Of a stretch of DNA of 64,000 nt, positions 26,186-37,040 are shown one piece after another (position 1 is the stretch's first letter; the number at the start of each line of letters is the position of its first letter). The notes beneath the pieces were generated by a model. It searched no databases. It saw nothing but the letters and a program-made list of their open reading frames with translations, and was not told the DNA's origin. This DNA is from Octopus vulgaris (Eukaryota), in assembly GCA_951406725.2 (NCBI GenBank), contig CATOCA020000001.1, positions 2,418,001 to 2,482,000 of the forward strand, given 5' to 3'. A program made the position numbers and the translations under genes.

Positions 26186-28045
26186 AATAGCGCGCGTCTA
26201 CGATAAATCTACGATTTAAGAAAAAATTACCATCATTTTTTCCCATTTTTAATGCATTTTTTGCAATTTTTTGGCTATAACTCTCTAAAAATGCTTATAT
26301 GGTTATTTCCATTACAAACCCGAGCAACGCCGGGCGATACTGCTAGTTATATATAAAAATGAAGTTGTGTCAGACTCTGTCTCCTCTGATTTAGATTCCT
26401 AACTACTCCCACATTTTGCGGTGCAATTTAACCAAAAGCGGGTATCTTATAGTCGTGATTCATATCGAGCCCTTCTGGGTATTAGCGCGCGTCTACGATT
26501 AAAAAAAAAATTACCATCATTTTTTCCCATTTTTAATGCATTTTCTTGCTATTTTTTCGCTATAACTCTCTAAAAATGCTTATATAGTTATTTCCCTTAC
26601 AAACCCGAGCAACGCCGGGCGATACTGCTAGTCTTTATATATAAAAGTGAGGTTGTGTGCTGTTTGTCTTATACGATTTAGATTCCTAACTACTCCCACA
26701 TTTTGCGGTGCAGAGTAACCAAAAGCGGGTATCTTATAGTCGTGATTCATATCGAGCCCTTCTGGGTATTAGCGCGCGTCTACGATTTAAAAAAAAATTA
26801 CCATCATTTTTTCCCATTTTTAATGCATTTTTTGCTATTTTTTGGCTATAACTCTCTAAAAATGCTTATATAGTTGTTTCCCTTACAAACCCGAGCAACG
26901 CCGGGCGATACTGCTAGTCTTTTTATATAAAAGTGAGGTTGTGCGCTGTCTGTCTCATACGATTTACATTCCTAACTACTCCCACATTTTGCGGTGCAGA
27001 GTAACCAAAAGCGGGTATCTTATAGTCATGATTCATATCGAGCACTTCTGGGTATTAACGCGCGTCAACGATGAGTCTACGATTTTTAAAACAATTTACC
27101 ATCATTTTTTTCATTTTAATGCATTTTTTCGTTATTATATAAGGGAAGTAACTCTCTAAAAATGTCTACGATGAGTCTACGATTTTAAAAACAATTTACC
27201 ATCATTTTTTTCATTTTAATGCATTTTTTCATTATTATATAAGGGAAGTAACTCTCTAAAAATGTCTACGATGAGTCTACGAATTTTTAAAACAATTTAC
27301 CATCATTTTTTTTCATTTTAATGCATTTTTTCATTATTATATAAGGGAAGTAACTCTCTAAAAATGTCTACGATGAGACAACGATTTAAAAAAAATTTAC
27401 CATCATTTTTCCCCATTTTTAATGCATTTTTTGCTATTTTTTCGCTATAACTCTCTAAAAATGCTTATATGGTTATTTCCCTTACAAACCCAAGCAACGC
27501 CGGGAGATACTTCATAACGAGCCCTTCTGGGTATTAGCGCGCGTCTACGATAAGTCTACGATTTAAAAAAAATTACCATCATTTTTTCCCATTTTTAATG
27601 CATTTTCTTGCTATTTTTTGGCTCTAACTCTCTAAAAATGCTTATATGGTTATTTCCCTTACAAACCCGAGCAACGCCGGGCGATACTTCATAACGAGCC
27701 CTTCTGGGTATTAGCGCGCGTCTACGATAAGTCTACGATTTTAAAAAAATTACCATCATTTTTTCCCATTTTTAATGCATTTTTTGCTATTTTTTGGCTA
27801 TACCTCTCTAAAAATGCTTATATGGTTATTTCCCTTACAAACCCGAGCAACGCCGGGCGCTACTTCATAACGAGCCCTTCTGGGTATTAGCGCGCGTCTA
27901 CGATAAGTCTACGATTTTTAAAAAATTACCATAATTTTTTCCCATTTTTAATGCATTTTTTGCTATTTTTTGGCTATAACTCTCTAAAAATGCTTATATG
28001 GTTATTTCCCTTACAAACCCGAGCAACTCCGGGCGATACTGCTAG
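26186..28045 (+). mobile_element. Tandem array of a non-autonomous Helitron-like element
   Basis: 5' TC+TATATAAAA terminus; subterminal hairpin cccg-agcaacgc-cggg; 3' CTAG at 26343, 26628, 26914 and 28042; head-to-tail CTAG|TC junctions. Confidence 0.85.
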
Positions 28046-28079
28046 TAAATAATAATTTTCTTTTCTCCTAATTTCCTAG

Positions 28080-28178
28080 AATGACACTGCGAAAGATAAC
28101 AAATTACACGTGGCCAAGGAATTGAACCAATATTTCACACGTACCAAAAAACCAAAAGATGGTTTGGCAGTCATAGCA
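28080..28178 (+). CDS. DCLK: DCLK-family kinase, C-terminal tail exon
   Basis: ttcctag acceptor and GCA|gtaagt donor. Translates NDTAKDNKLHVAKELNQYFTRTKKPKDGLAVIA, resembling the vertebrate DCLK tail (...VAGKIKKHF...GVSVIA). Confidence 0.88.
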
Positions 28179-28352
28179 GTAAGTGAAAAATTCTTCAAAT
28201 AATGTGAAAAGACAAATTTTTTTTTAATATTTTAAAAATCTGAGATCGGAGTTCGATCCTGTGTATCTTTCATAGAACCATAATTTTTGGATATGTCTGG
28301 ATTAATTAGGAATTGAATTATAAGCAGAACAATCTGTAGATTGTATTCTGTG

Positions 28353-28760
<408 letters not shown>

Positions 28761-28769
28761 TTTTCTTGT

Positions 28770-28998
28770 TTTTACTTGTTTCAGTCATTTGACTGCGGCC
28801 ATGTTGGAGCACCGCCTTTAATCGAGCAACTCGACCCCGGGACTTATTCTTTGTGAGCCCAGTACTTATTCTATCGGTCTCTTTTGCCGAACCGCTAAGT
28901 GACAGAGACATAAACAACCAGCATCGGTTGTCAAGCAATGCTAGGGGAACAAACACAGACACACAAACACACACACATACACATACATACATATATAG
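28770..28998 (-). mobile_element. SINE family A 3' half
   Basis: Tail and post-microsatellite body only, abutting the hammerhead unit. Confidence 0.85.
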
Positions 28999-29180
28999 AG
29001 AGAAGTAAATATATGGCACAATGAAGTACCGATATTTACTGGAAATAGCGAACGTAATAATACGACGCTCATGTATAACTTCACCGCGTATGTACTAGCA
29101 AAAATGCGTGTGTGCAACAAACTTGAAAAAAATTGTCTTACCTCCAGGGAGAACATCTGAAAGATGAAATACCTAGAAAA

Positions 29181-29270
29181 GGATAATATGGGACCGGCGC
29201 CGGTTTCAGATTTTTCAAGATATGCCTGCCCACATATACTTGATCTATCTTCATCAGCCAAACATATACC
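29181..29270 (-). ncRNA. Type I hammerhead ribozyme (antisense copy)
   Basis: Same fold on the minus strand. CTGATGA is the complement of 29251-29257; stem III is ACCGGCGCCGGT; predicted cleavage between 29192 and 29191. Four differences from the + copy, all pairing-compatible. Confidence 0.9.
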
Positions 29271-29851
29271 ACGACAACCTTTCAGATGTTACCACATTAA
29301 TGCCATTACACTCGACTGAAACGCCGAAACGCTAACAGCACGAGAACGGTGAAGAAGTTTCAATAAATTAGTAATGCAATACTAGAGTATTGCTTTCCAG
29401 TAAAGAATAGCCCGTGAGGGAAAATATACAAAGAAGTAAATATATGGTACAACGAAGTACCGATATTTACTGGAAATAGCGAACGTAATAATACGACGCT
29501 AATGTATAGCTTCACCGCGTATGTACTAGCAAAAATGCGTGTGTGCAACAAACTAGAAAAAATTGTCTTACCTCCAGGGAGAACATTTTTGCTATTACAT
29601 ACGCGGTGAAGCTATACATTAGCGTCGTATTATTACGTTCGCTATTTCCAGTAAATATCGGTACTTCGTTGTGCCATATATTTACTTCTTTGTATATTTT
29701 TCCCTCACGGGCTATTCTTTACTGGAAAGCAATACTCTAGTATTGCATTACTAATTTATTGAAACTTCTTCACCGTTCTCGTGCTGTTAGCGTTTCGGCG
29801 TTTCAGTCGAGTGTAATGGCATTAATGTGGTAACATCTGAAAGGTTGTCGT

Positions 29852-29941
29852 GGTATATGTTTGGCTGATGAAGATAGATCAAGTATATGTGGGCAGGTAT
29901 ATCTTGAAAAATCTGAAACCTGCGCAGGTCCCACATTATCC
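29852..29941 (+). ncRNA. Type I hammerhead ribozyme (sense to DCLK pre-mRNA)
   Basis: Stem I 5' arm ATG-tt-TGG; CTGATGA at 29865-29871; stem II AGAT/ATCT extended by TCAAG/CTTGA and ATATG/TATAT; GAAA at 29915-29918; palindromic stem III ACCTGCGCAGGT; GTC cleavage triplet ending 29930; stem I 3' arm CCA-CAT. Confidence 0.9.
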
Positions 29942-30004
29942 TTTTCACCATCCTCGCAATTTTTTCTAGTTTGTTGCACACACGCATTTTTGCTAGTACA
30001 TACG

Positions 30005-30683
30005 CGGCAAAAGAGACCGATAGAATAAGTACTGGGCTTACAAAGAATAAGTCCCGGGGTCGATGCTGGTGTGTTTACGTCCCCGTCACTTAGCGGTTCG
30101 GCAAAAGAGACCGATAGAATAAGTACTGGGCTTACAAAGAATAAGTCCCGGGGTCGATGCTGGTGTGTTTACGTCCCCGTCACTTAGCGGTTCGGCAAAA
30201 GAGACCGATAGAATAAGTACTGGGCTTACAAAGAATAAGTCCCAGGGTCGATGCTGGTGTGTTTACGTCCCCGTCACCTAGCGGTTCGGCAAAAGAGACC
30301 GATAGAATAAGTACTGGGCTTACAAAGAATAAGTCCCAGGGTCGATGCTGGTGTTTACGTCCCCGTCACTTAGCAGTTCGGCAAAAGAGACCGATAGAAT
30401 AAGTACTGGGCTAACAAAGAATAAGTCCCAGGGTCGATGCTGGTGTGTTTACGTCCCCGTCACCTAGCGGTTCGGCAAAAGAGACCGATAGAATAAGTAC
30501 TGGACTTACAAAGAATAAGTCCCAGGGTCGATCCTGGTGTGTTTACGTCCCCGTCACTTAGCGGTTCGGCAAAAGTGACCGATAGAATAAGTACTGGGCT
30601 TACAAAGAATAAGTCCCGGGGTCGATTTGCTCGGCTAAAGGCAGGCGGTGCTCCAGCATGGCCGCAGTGAAATGACTGAAACG
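30005..30683 (+). repeat. SINE-A 3' half with a ~93-bp internal segment repeated ~7 times
   Basis: Units ggcaaaagagaccgatag...ggtcgatgctgg...gcggttc; the array ends in the normal SINE-A tail. Confidence 0.9.
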
Positions 30684-30779
30684 AATTTTTTTTTCATTAA
30701 AAAAATGGAATTGAAACAGTTTTACGTTTTTTATTGCTTTTTATTTATTTATTTTTTGTTTTTTTGTTTTTTTTTGCAG

Positions 30780-30863
30780 TCGACTGCTCTCGATAAAGGG
30801 TCCAAGTACTTCCGGGGCCGCGGAGCCTTTACTGTGCACCCGAAACAGGACGAAGTCTTTTAA
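30780..30863 (+). CDS. DCLK: DCLK-family kinase, last coding exon
   Basis: Long T tract plus gcag acceptor. Translates STALDKGSKYFRGRGAFTVHPKQDEVF* and matches vertebrate TTALDKERQVFRRRR at the same exon boundary. Confidence 0.88.
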   Translation, partial: STALDKGSKYFRGRGAFTVHPKQDEVF

Positions 30864-31011
30864 GCTCCACCAATGTTCCTTCCACATCTACTTTTATTGA
30901 ATTTTCATTGAAACACAACAACAACAACAACAACAACAACAAGCACAAAGCTATTTGAATTCTCGGCGACTCCAGCAATAGCAAGAACACTAAAAAAAAA
31001 ACTGCAGTGGA

Positions 31012-33400
31012 TGCGCAATGGCCCGGTGGTTAGGGCAGCGGACTCGTGGTCGGAGGATCGCGGTTTCGATTCCCAGACCGGGCGTTGTGTGTGTTTATTG
31101 AGCGAAAACGCCTAAAAGCTCCGCGAGGCTCCGGCAGGGGATTGTGGTGACCCCCTGTTGTACTCTTTCACCACAACTTTCTCTCACTCTTACTTCCTGT
31201 TTCTGTTGTACCTGTATTTCAAAGGGCCGGCCTTGTCACTCTCTGTGTCACGCTGAATATCCTCGAGAACTACGTTAAGGGTGCACGTGTCTGTGGAGTG
31301 CTCAACCACTTACACGTTAATTTCACGAGCAGGCTGTTCCGTTGATTCGGATCAAACGGAACCCTCGTCGTCGTAACCGACGGAGTGCTTGAATTGAGCG
31401 AAAACGCCTAAAAGCTCCACGAGGCTCCGGCAGGGGGTGGTGGCGAGCCCTGTTGTACTCATTTGCCACAACTTTCTCTCACTCTCTCTTTCTGTTTCTT
31501 GGGTAACGTCCCGTCCTGCTGGGGTGGGGGTCACATACGCCACAGAAACCGGGAAACCCAGGCCATGAGCCCGGCTAGGCTTGAAATGGGCGAAATTATT
31601 TTGTGGAGGCGCAATGGCCCAGTGGTTAGGGCAGCGGATTCGTGGTCGGAGGATCGCGGTTTCGATTCCCAGACCGGGCGTTGTGTGTGTTTATTGAGCG
31701 AAAACGCCTAAAAGCTCCACGAGGCTCCGGCAGGGGGTTGTGGCGACCCCTGTTGTACTCATTTGCCACAACTTTCTCTCACTCTTACTTCCTGTTTCTG
31801 TTGTACCTGTTGTACCGGGCGTTGTGAGTGTTTATTGAGCGAAAACACCTAAAAGCACCACGAGGCTCCGGCAGGGGTCGGTGGCGACCCCTGTTGTACT
31901 CTTTCACCACAACTTTCTCTCACTCTTTCTTCCTGTTTCTGTTGTACCTGTATTTCAAAGGGCCGGCCTTGTCACTCTCTGTGTCACGCTGAATATCCCC
32001 GAAACTCCGTTAAGGGTGCACGTGTCTGTGGAGTGCTCAGCCACTTACACGTTAATTTCACGTGCAGGCTGTTCCGTTGATTCGGATCAACCGGAACTCT
32101 CATCGTCGTAACCGACGGAGTGCTCCTGCAGGGGATTGTGGGGACCCCTGTTGTACTCTTTCACCACAACTTTCTCTCACTCTTTCTTCCTGTTTCTGTT
32201 GTACCTGTATTTCAAAGGGCCGGCCTTGTCACTCTCTGTGTCACGCTGAATATCCCCGAGAACTCCGTTAAGGGTGCACGTGTCTGTGGAGTGCTCAGCC
32301 ACTTACACGTTAATTTCACGTGCAGGCTGTTCCGTTGATTCGGATCAACCGGAACTCTCATCGTCGTAACCGACGGAGTGCTCCTGCAGGGGATTGTGGG
32401 GACCCCTGTTGTACTCTTTCACCACAACTTTCTCTCACTCTTACTTCCTGTTTCTGTTGTACCTGTATTTCAAAGGGCCGGCCTTGTCACTCTCTGTGTC
32501 ACGCTGAATATCCCCGAGAACTCCGTTAAGGGTGCACGTGTCTGTGGAGTGCTCAGCCACTTACACGTTAATTTCACGTGCAGGCTGTTCCGTTGATTCG
32601 GATCAACCGGAACTCTCATCGTCGTAACCGACGGAGTGCTCCTGCAGGGGATTGTGGGGACCCCTGTTGTACTCTTTCACCACAACTTTCTCTCACTCTT
32701 ACTTCCTGTTTCTGTTGTACCTGTATTTCAAAGGGCCGGCCTTGTCACTCTCTGTGTCACGCTGAATATCCCCGAGAACTCCGTTAAGGGTGCACGTGTC
32801 TGTGGAGTGCTCAGCCACTTACACGTTAATTTCACGAGCAGGCTGTTCCGTTGATTCGGATCAAACGGTACCCTCGTCGTCGTAACCGACGGAGTGCTTC
32901 AATTGAGTGAAAACGCCTAAAAGCTCTACGAGACTCCGGCAGGGGTCGGTGGCGACCCCTGTTGTACTCATTTGCCACAACTTTTTCTCACTCTCTCTTT
33001 CTGTTTCTTGGGTAACGCTGAGGGGAGGGGGACCACATACGCCACAGAAACCGGGAAACCGGCCCACGAGCCCGGCTAGGCTTGAAAAGGGCGAAATTAT
33101 TTTGTGGAGGCGCAATGGCCCAGTGGTTAGGGCAGCGGATTCGTGGTCGGAGGATCGCGGTTTCGATTCCCAGACCGGGCGTTGTGTGTGTTTATTGAGC
33201 GAAAACACCTAAAAGCTCCACGAGGCTCCGGCCGGGGTCGGTGGCGACCCCCTGTTCTACTTTTTCGCCCCCACTTTCTCTCATACTTTCTTCCTGTTTC
33301 TTGGGTAACGCAGAGGGTGGGGGAACACATACGCCACAGAAACCGGGAAACCGGGCCCATGAGGGTTAGGGTTAGGCTAGGCTTGAAAAGGGCGCACAAT
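31012..33400 (+). mobile_element. SINE family C cluster with 258-bp tandem bodies and an alternative 3' end
   Basis: tRNA-like heads at about 31012, 31604 and 33104; bodies repeated every 258 bp over 31880-32900. Confidence 0.85.
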
Positions 33401-33576
33401 AAAATCAGCAGCAATTGCTATAACAACAACAGCAACAAATGCAAGAACAAGAATTAAGACGATGACAACAGCTTCAACAATAATAATTAAAATATTCATC
33501 ATGGAAAGTGACAACGGAAGAGAGGACGAAAAAACATTGATTTTCCTTCCTTCTTTTTATATATTTTTTACTACCC

Positions 33577-34602
33577 AGCGTCCAAATTACTCCCTCCACC
33601 ACACTAATCTCAAAAAGTCTTCTTGTGAACGTGACCTGGGTATTATTGTCGACAGAGATTGGTGTTGGACAAAACACATTGCTAAAATTGCCAAGAAGGC
33701 TGAGGGTGTCTTGGCATCACTCACCAAGTCCTTTGTGAGCCGCTCTCCGACTATCTATCTGCGGCTTTATATAGCTATGGTAAGATCTCACCTGGAATTT
33801 GCATCACCGGTCTGGAACCCCTTTCTTGCCCAGGATATCAATCGTCTGGAAGCCGTTCAGCGATGTGCAACCAAAAGAATAACCTCCATCAGGAATTTGC
33901 CATATTCTGAACGCCTTACTTCCCTGGGCATGGATACATTGAAACTCCGACGTCTGGCAGCTGACTTGGCAGACACCCATAAAATTATTAACCATCTTAC
34001 AAACAATAACTCTGAGCACCTTTTCAAACCACACCCATCTAACACCCGTGGTCATATTTAGAAAGTCAGAAAACAGCACAGCTCCCATGACTTTCGGAAA
34101 CATTTTTTCACGCTGAGAGTTGCTGAAGCATGGAACAAACTGCCGGCATCAGTTGTTAGTTATCGGAGCACTGCATCCTTCAAAACTTCCATGCTTCCTG
34201 AGATTCGCCAACACTACACCTGATTTTGTCCCTTCCATACACACGCTGAAGCATGGAACAAACTGCCGGCATCAGTTGTTAGTTATCGGAGCACTGCATC
34301 CTTCAAAACTTCCATGCTTCCTGAGATTCGCCAACACTACACCTGATTTTCTCCCATCCATACACACACAAGCATGGAACAAACTGCCGGCATCAGTTGT
34401 TAGTTGTCGGAGCACTGCATCCTTCAAAACTTCCATGCTTCCTGAGATTAGCCAACACTACACCTGATCTTCTCCCCTCCATACACACGCTGAAGCATGG
34501 AACAAACTGCCGGTATCAGTTGTTAGTTGTCGGAGCACTGCATCCTTCAAAACTTCCATGCTTCCTGAGATTCGCCAACACTACACCTGATTTTCTCCAT
34601 AC
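33577..34602 (+). mobile_element. CR1-like LINE 3' fragment with its terminus repeated four times
   Basis: ERDLGIIVD...LYIAMVRSHLEFASPVWNP...LEAVQR. A ~123-bp terminal unit repeats from 34122. Confidence 0.88.
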
Positions 34603-34604
34603 CC

Positions 34605-34990
34605 CCTAGACGACGCCGTGGTGATCTCATTCTTGCTCACAACATCATAAGCGGAAAGTGTAACCTCTCGAAAGAGCTGTTCTTCACTCCTGCTCCAGAG
34701 CGTAGGTTGCGGGGTCACTCCGAAAAGCTCTATCTGCGACGATCTCATCTCAGTCGAAGGAGAGGGTCTTTCTCCGTCCGGGTTGCGGATCCGTGGAACA
34801 AGCTTCCGGACGAGATGGTGAAGATGCTGACGACCGCTCGGTTCAAAGTCTCCCTTGACCACAAATGGCCTGAACACTTTACATGAACACCACCCTGTAC
34901 ATAACTCCATGTCCCCCCTACATGGCCTTGCTTTTTGCTTTTTGAGCCAAAAATGAACTAACTAACTAACTAACTAATTATCTAACTAAT
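34605..34990 (+). mobile_element. Second CR1-like LINE 3' fragment with (AACT)n tail
   Basis: Translates RRRRGDLILAHNII...LRGHSEKL...FSVRVADPWNKLP...FKVSLD. Confidence 0.85.
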
Positions 34991-35156
34991 TACTACTACT
35001 ACTAGTTACAGCAACATGAGAATCCCTAGGAACAACTACCACCAAGACAATACCACTGATAGTACCAGTACTGCAACCAATACAACAAACGCTAACAAGA
35101 TTCCCGGATTTACTGATTCGTTTTATTGTTAATTAAAATGAATTTTTTTCTAATTC

Positions 35157-35162
35157 AATAAA
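35157..35162 (+). promoter_or_regulatory. Candidate DCLK polyadenylation signal
   Basis: AATAAA followed by T/GT-rich sequence at the end of the non-repetitive segments downstream of the stop. Other AATAAA sites at about 33398 and 35225 are alternatives. Confidence 0.35.
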
Positions 35163-35234
35163 ACAATTTTTTTACTAGAAAATGTTTTTTCTTGGTTTTT
35201 TTTTTTTACTTATTTCTGTGTAGCAATAAAGTAC

Positions 35235-35443
35235 ATTACGGAGATGTACTTGCATAGCAAGTGACCTGATCTGAGATCGTGTGCTGGAACGAAAATAATT
35301 GCAGCGTGGAAGGTGTTTATAAGCGATTTAAGAAACACACAAAAACCGTTAGATTCACTTCAACATTTCAATTGAATTTGTTCAAATCTTTTCCTCACTT
35401 TCCGTCCGTGACCTGTTCACTGACAAAGCTTCATATGTATATA

Positions 35444-35478
<35 letters not shown>

Positions 35479-35677
35479 TACGGAGATGTACTTGCATAGC
35501 AAGTGACTTGATCTGAGATCGTGTGCTGGAACGAAAACAATTGCAGCGTGGAAGGTGTTTATAAGCGATTTAAGAAACACACAAAAACCGTTAGATTCAC
35601 TTCAACATTTCAATTGAATTTGTTCAAATCTTTTCCTCACTTTCCGTCCGTGACCTGTTCACTGACAAAGCTTCATA

Positions 35678-35714
<37 letters not shown>

Positions 35715-35938
35715 TACGGAGATGTACTTGCATAGCAAGTGACTTGATCTGAGATCGTGTGCTGGAACGAAAACAATTGCAGCGTGGAAGGTGTTTATAA
35801 GCGATTTAAGAAACACACAAAAACCGTTAGATTCACTTCAACATTTCAATTGAATTTGTTAAAAGATTTGAACAAATTAAAATGAAATGTTGAAGTGAAT
35901 CTAACGGTTTTTGTGGTTTTTTAAAAATCGCTTATAAA
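35235..35938. mobile_element. Tandem ~240-bp units plus a terminal inverted copy (Penelope pLTR-like)
   Basis: Units start at 35235, 35477 and 35713. 35861-35938 is an inverted partial copy. A degenerate hammerhead-like motif lies on the minus strand. Confidence 0.6.
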
Positions 35939-36020
35939 ATATAGTACATATGTTGTGTAATGTCTGTAGTACATAGTTTATGATGTATTTAGTATTTCCA
36001 AACAAGAATATTATTGACAG

Positions 36021-36056
<36 letters not shown>

Positions 36057-36226
36057 GTTTGTATGTCTGTTTATCCCCCCAACACCGCTTGACAACCGGT
36101 GCTGGTGTGTTCATGTCCCCGTAACTTAGCGTTTCGTCAAAAGAGAAAATAGATTAAATACTAGGCCTACAAAAAATAAGTATTGGGTTCGAATTTCGCG
36201 AATAAAAGGCTGCTGCTGCAGTATAT

Positions 36227-36313
<87 letters not shown>

Positions 36314-36891
36314 TAATGTCTGTTTATTTCTCGAACATCGTTGGACAACGGGTGCTGGTGTGTACAATTCCCCGAACTTAGCGGTTCGGGAAAAGGGACC
36401 GATAGTTTAAATACTAGGCCTACAAAGTATAAGTCCTGGGGTCGATTTGCACGAATAAAGGCATTGCTCCACCATGGCCGCAGTCAAATAATTGAAAAAT
36501 TAAGTGTGTAAAATAGAAAATAACCAGAAAAGTTTATATTCTTTTAACTACATCAGTAAGGGAGATAACTGAAAATCAACTTTTAGAGTTACTTCCCTTG
36601 ACATATTGATAAAAGGCATGACAATTTAAGATGTAGGCGCGTTTGTTTTTGATGCGAAGGGCACACTTGCATTCGCGCAGGAAGATACAAACATACGCAT
36701 GCAAATTTTCTGCTGTTAACTTTAACAAATAAACATTATAATTTACATTTAATTACACCCGAAAACTATGTAAAGTACTCACCATATCTAGTACTACCCT
36801 TTGGACATGATCAGGTTTTCTTTTGTTTTAGATAGTATATATGCGTATGTGGGTATATACACGTGTATATGTATGAATGCATGTATTTCTG

Positions 36892-36938
<47 letters not shown>

Positions 36939-36997
36939 GTATTTATATATATATTCATAAATTTATAATTTTATATATATATATGTAGGTATATACC

Positions 36998-37039
<42 letters not shown>

Positions 37040-37040
<1 letters not shown>

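Larger units (their letters stand above)
29001..30007. mobile_element. Inverted pair of hammerhead-bearing tandem units (retrozyme- or Penelope pLTR-like)
   Basis: Left arm has a 431-bp period (agaagtaaatatatgg at 29001 and 29432). Right arm has a 401-bp period (catttttgcta at 29584 and 29985) in the opposite orientation. No convincing protein ORF. Confidence 0.8.

Noticed and set aside
29787-29987. 66-aa and other short ORFs in the hammerhead palindrome
   Set aside because: No recognisable domain, and the frames are not preserved between the 401- and 431-bp variants. The RNA structure explains the conservation better.
31012-31085. Possible tRNA genes (also at about 3125-3197, 31604, 33104 and 54865)
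   Set aside because: They have A/B boxes but imperfect cloverleaves and continue into repeat bodies, so they are SINE or pLTR heads.
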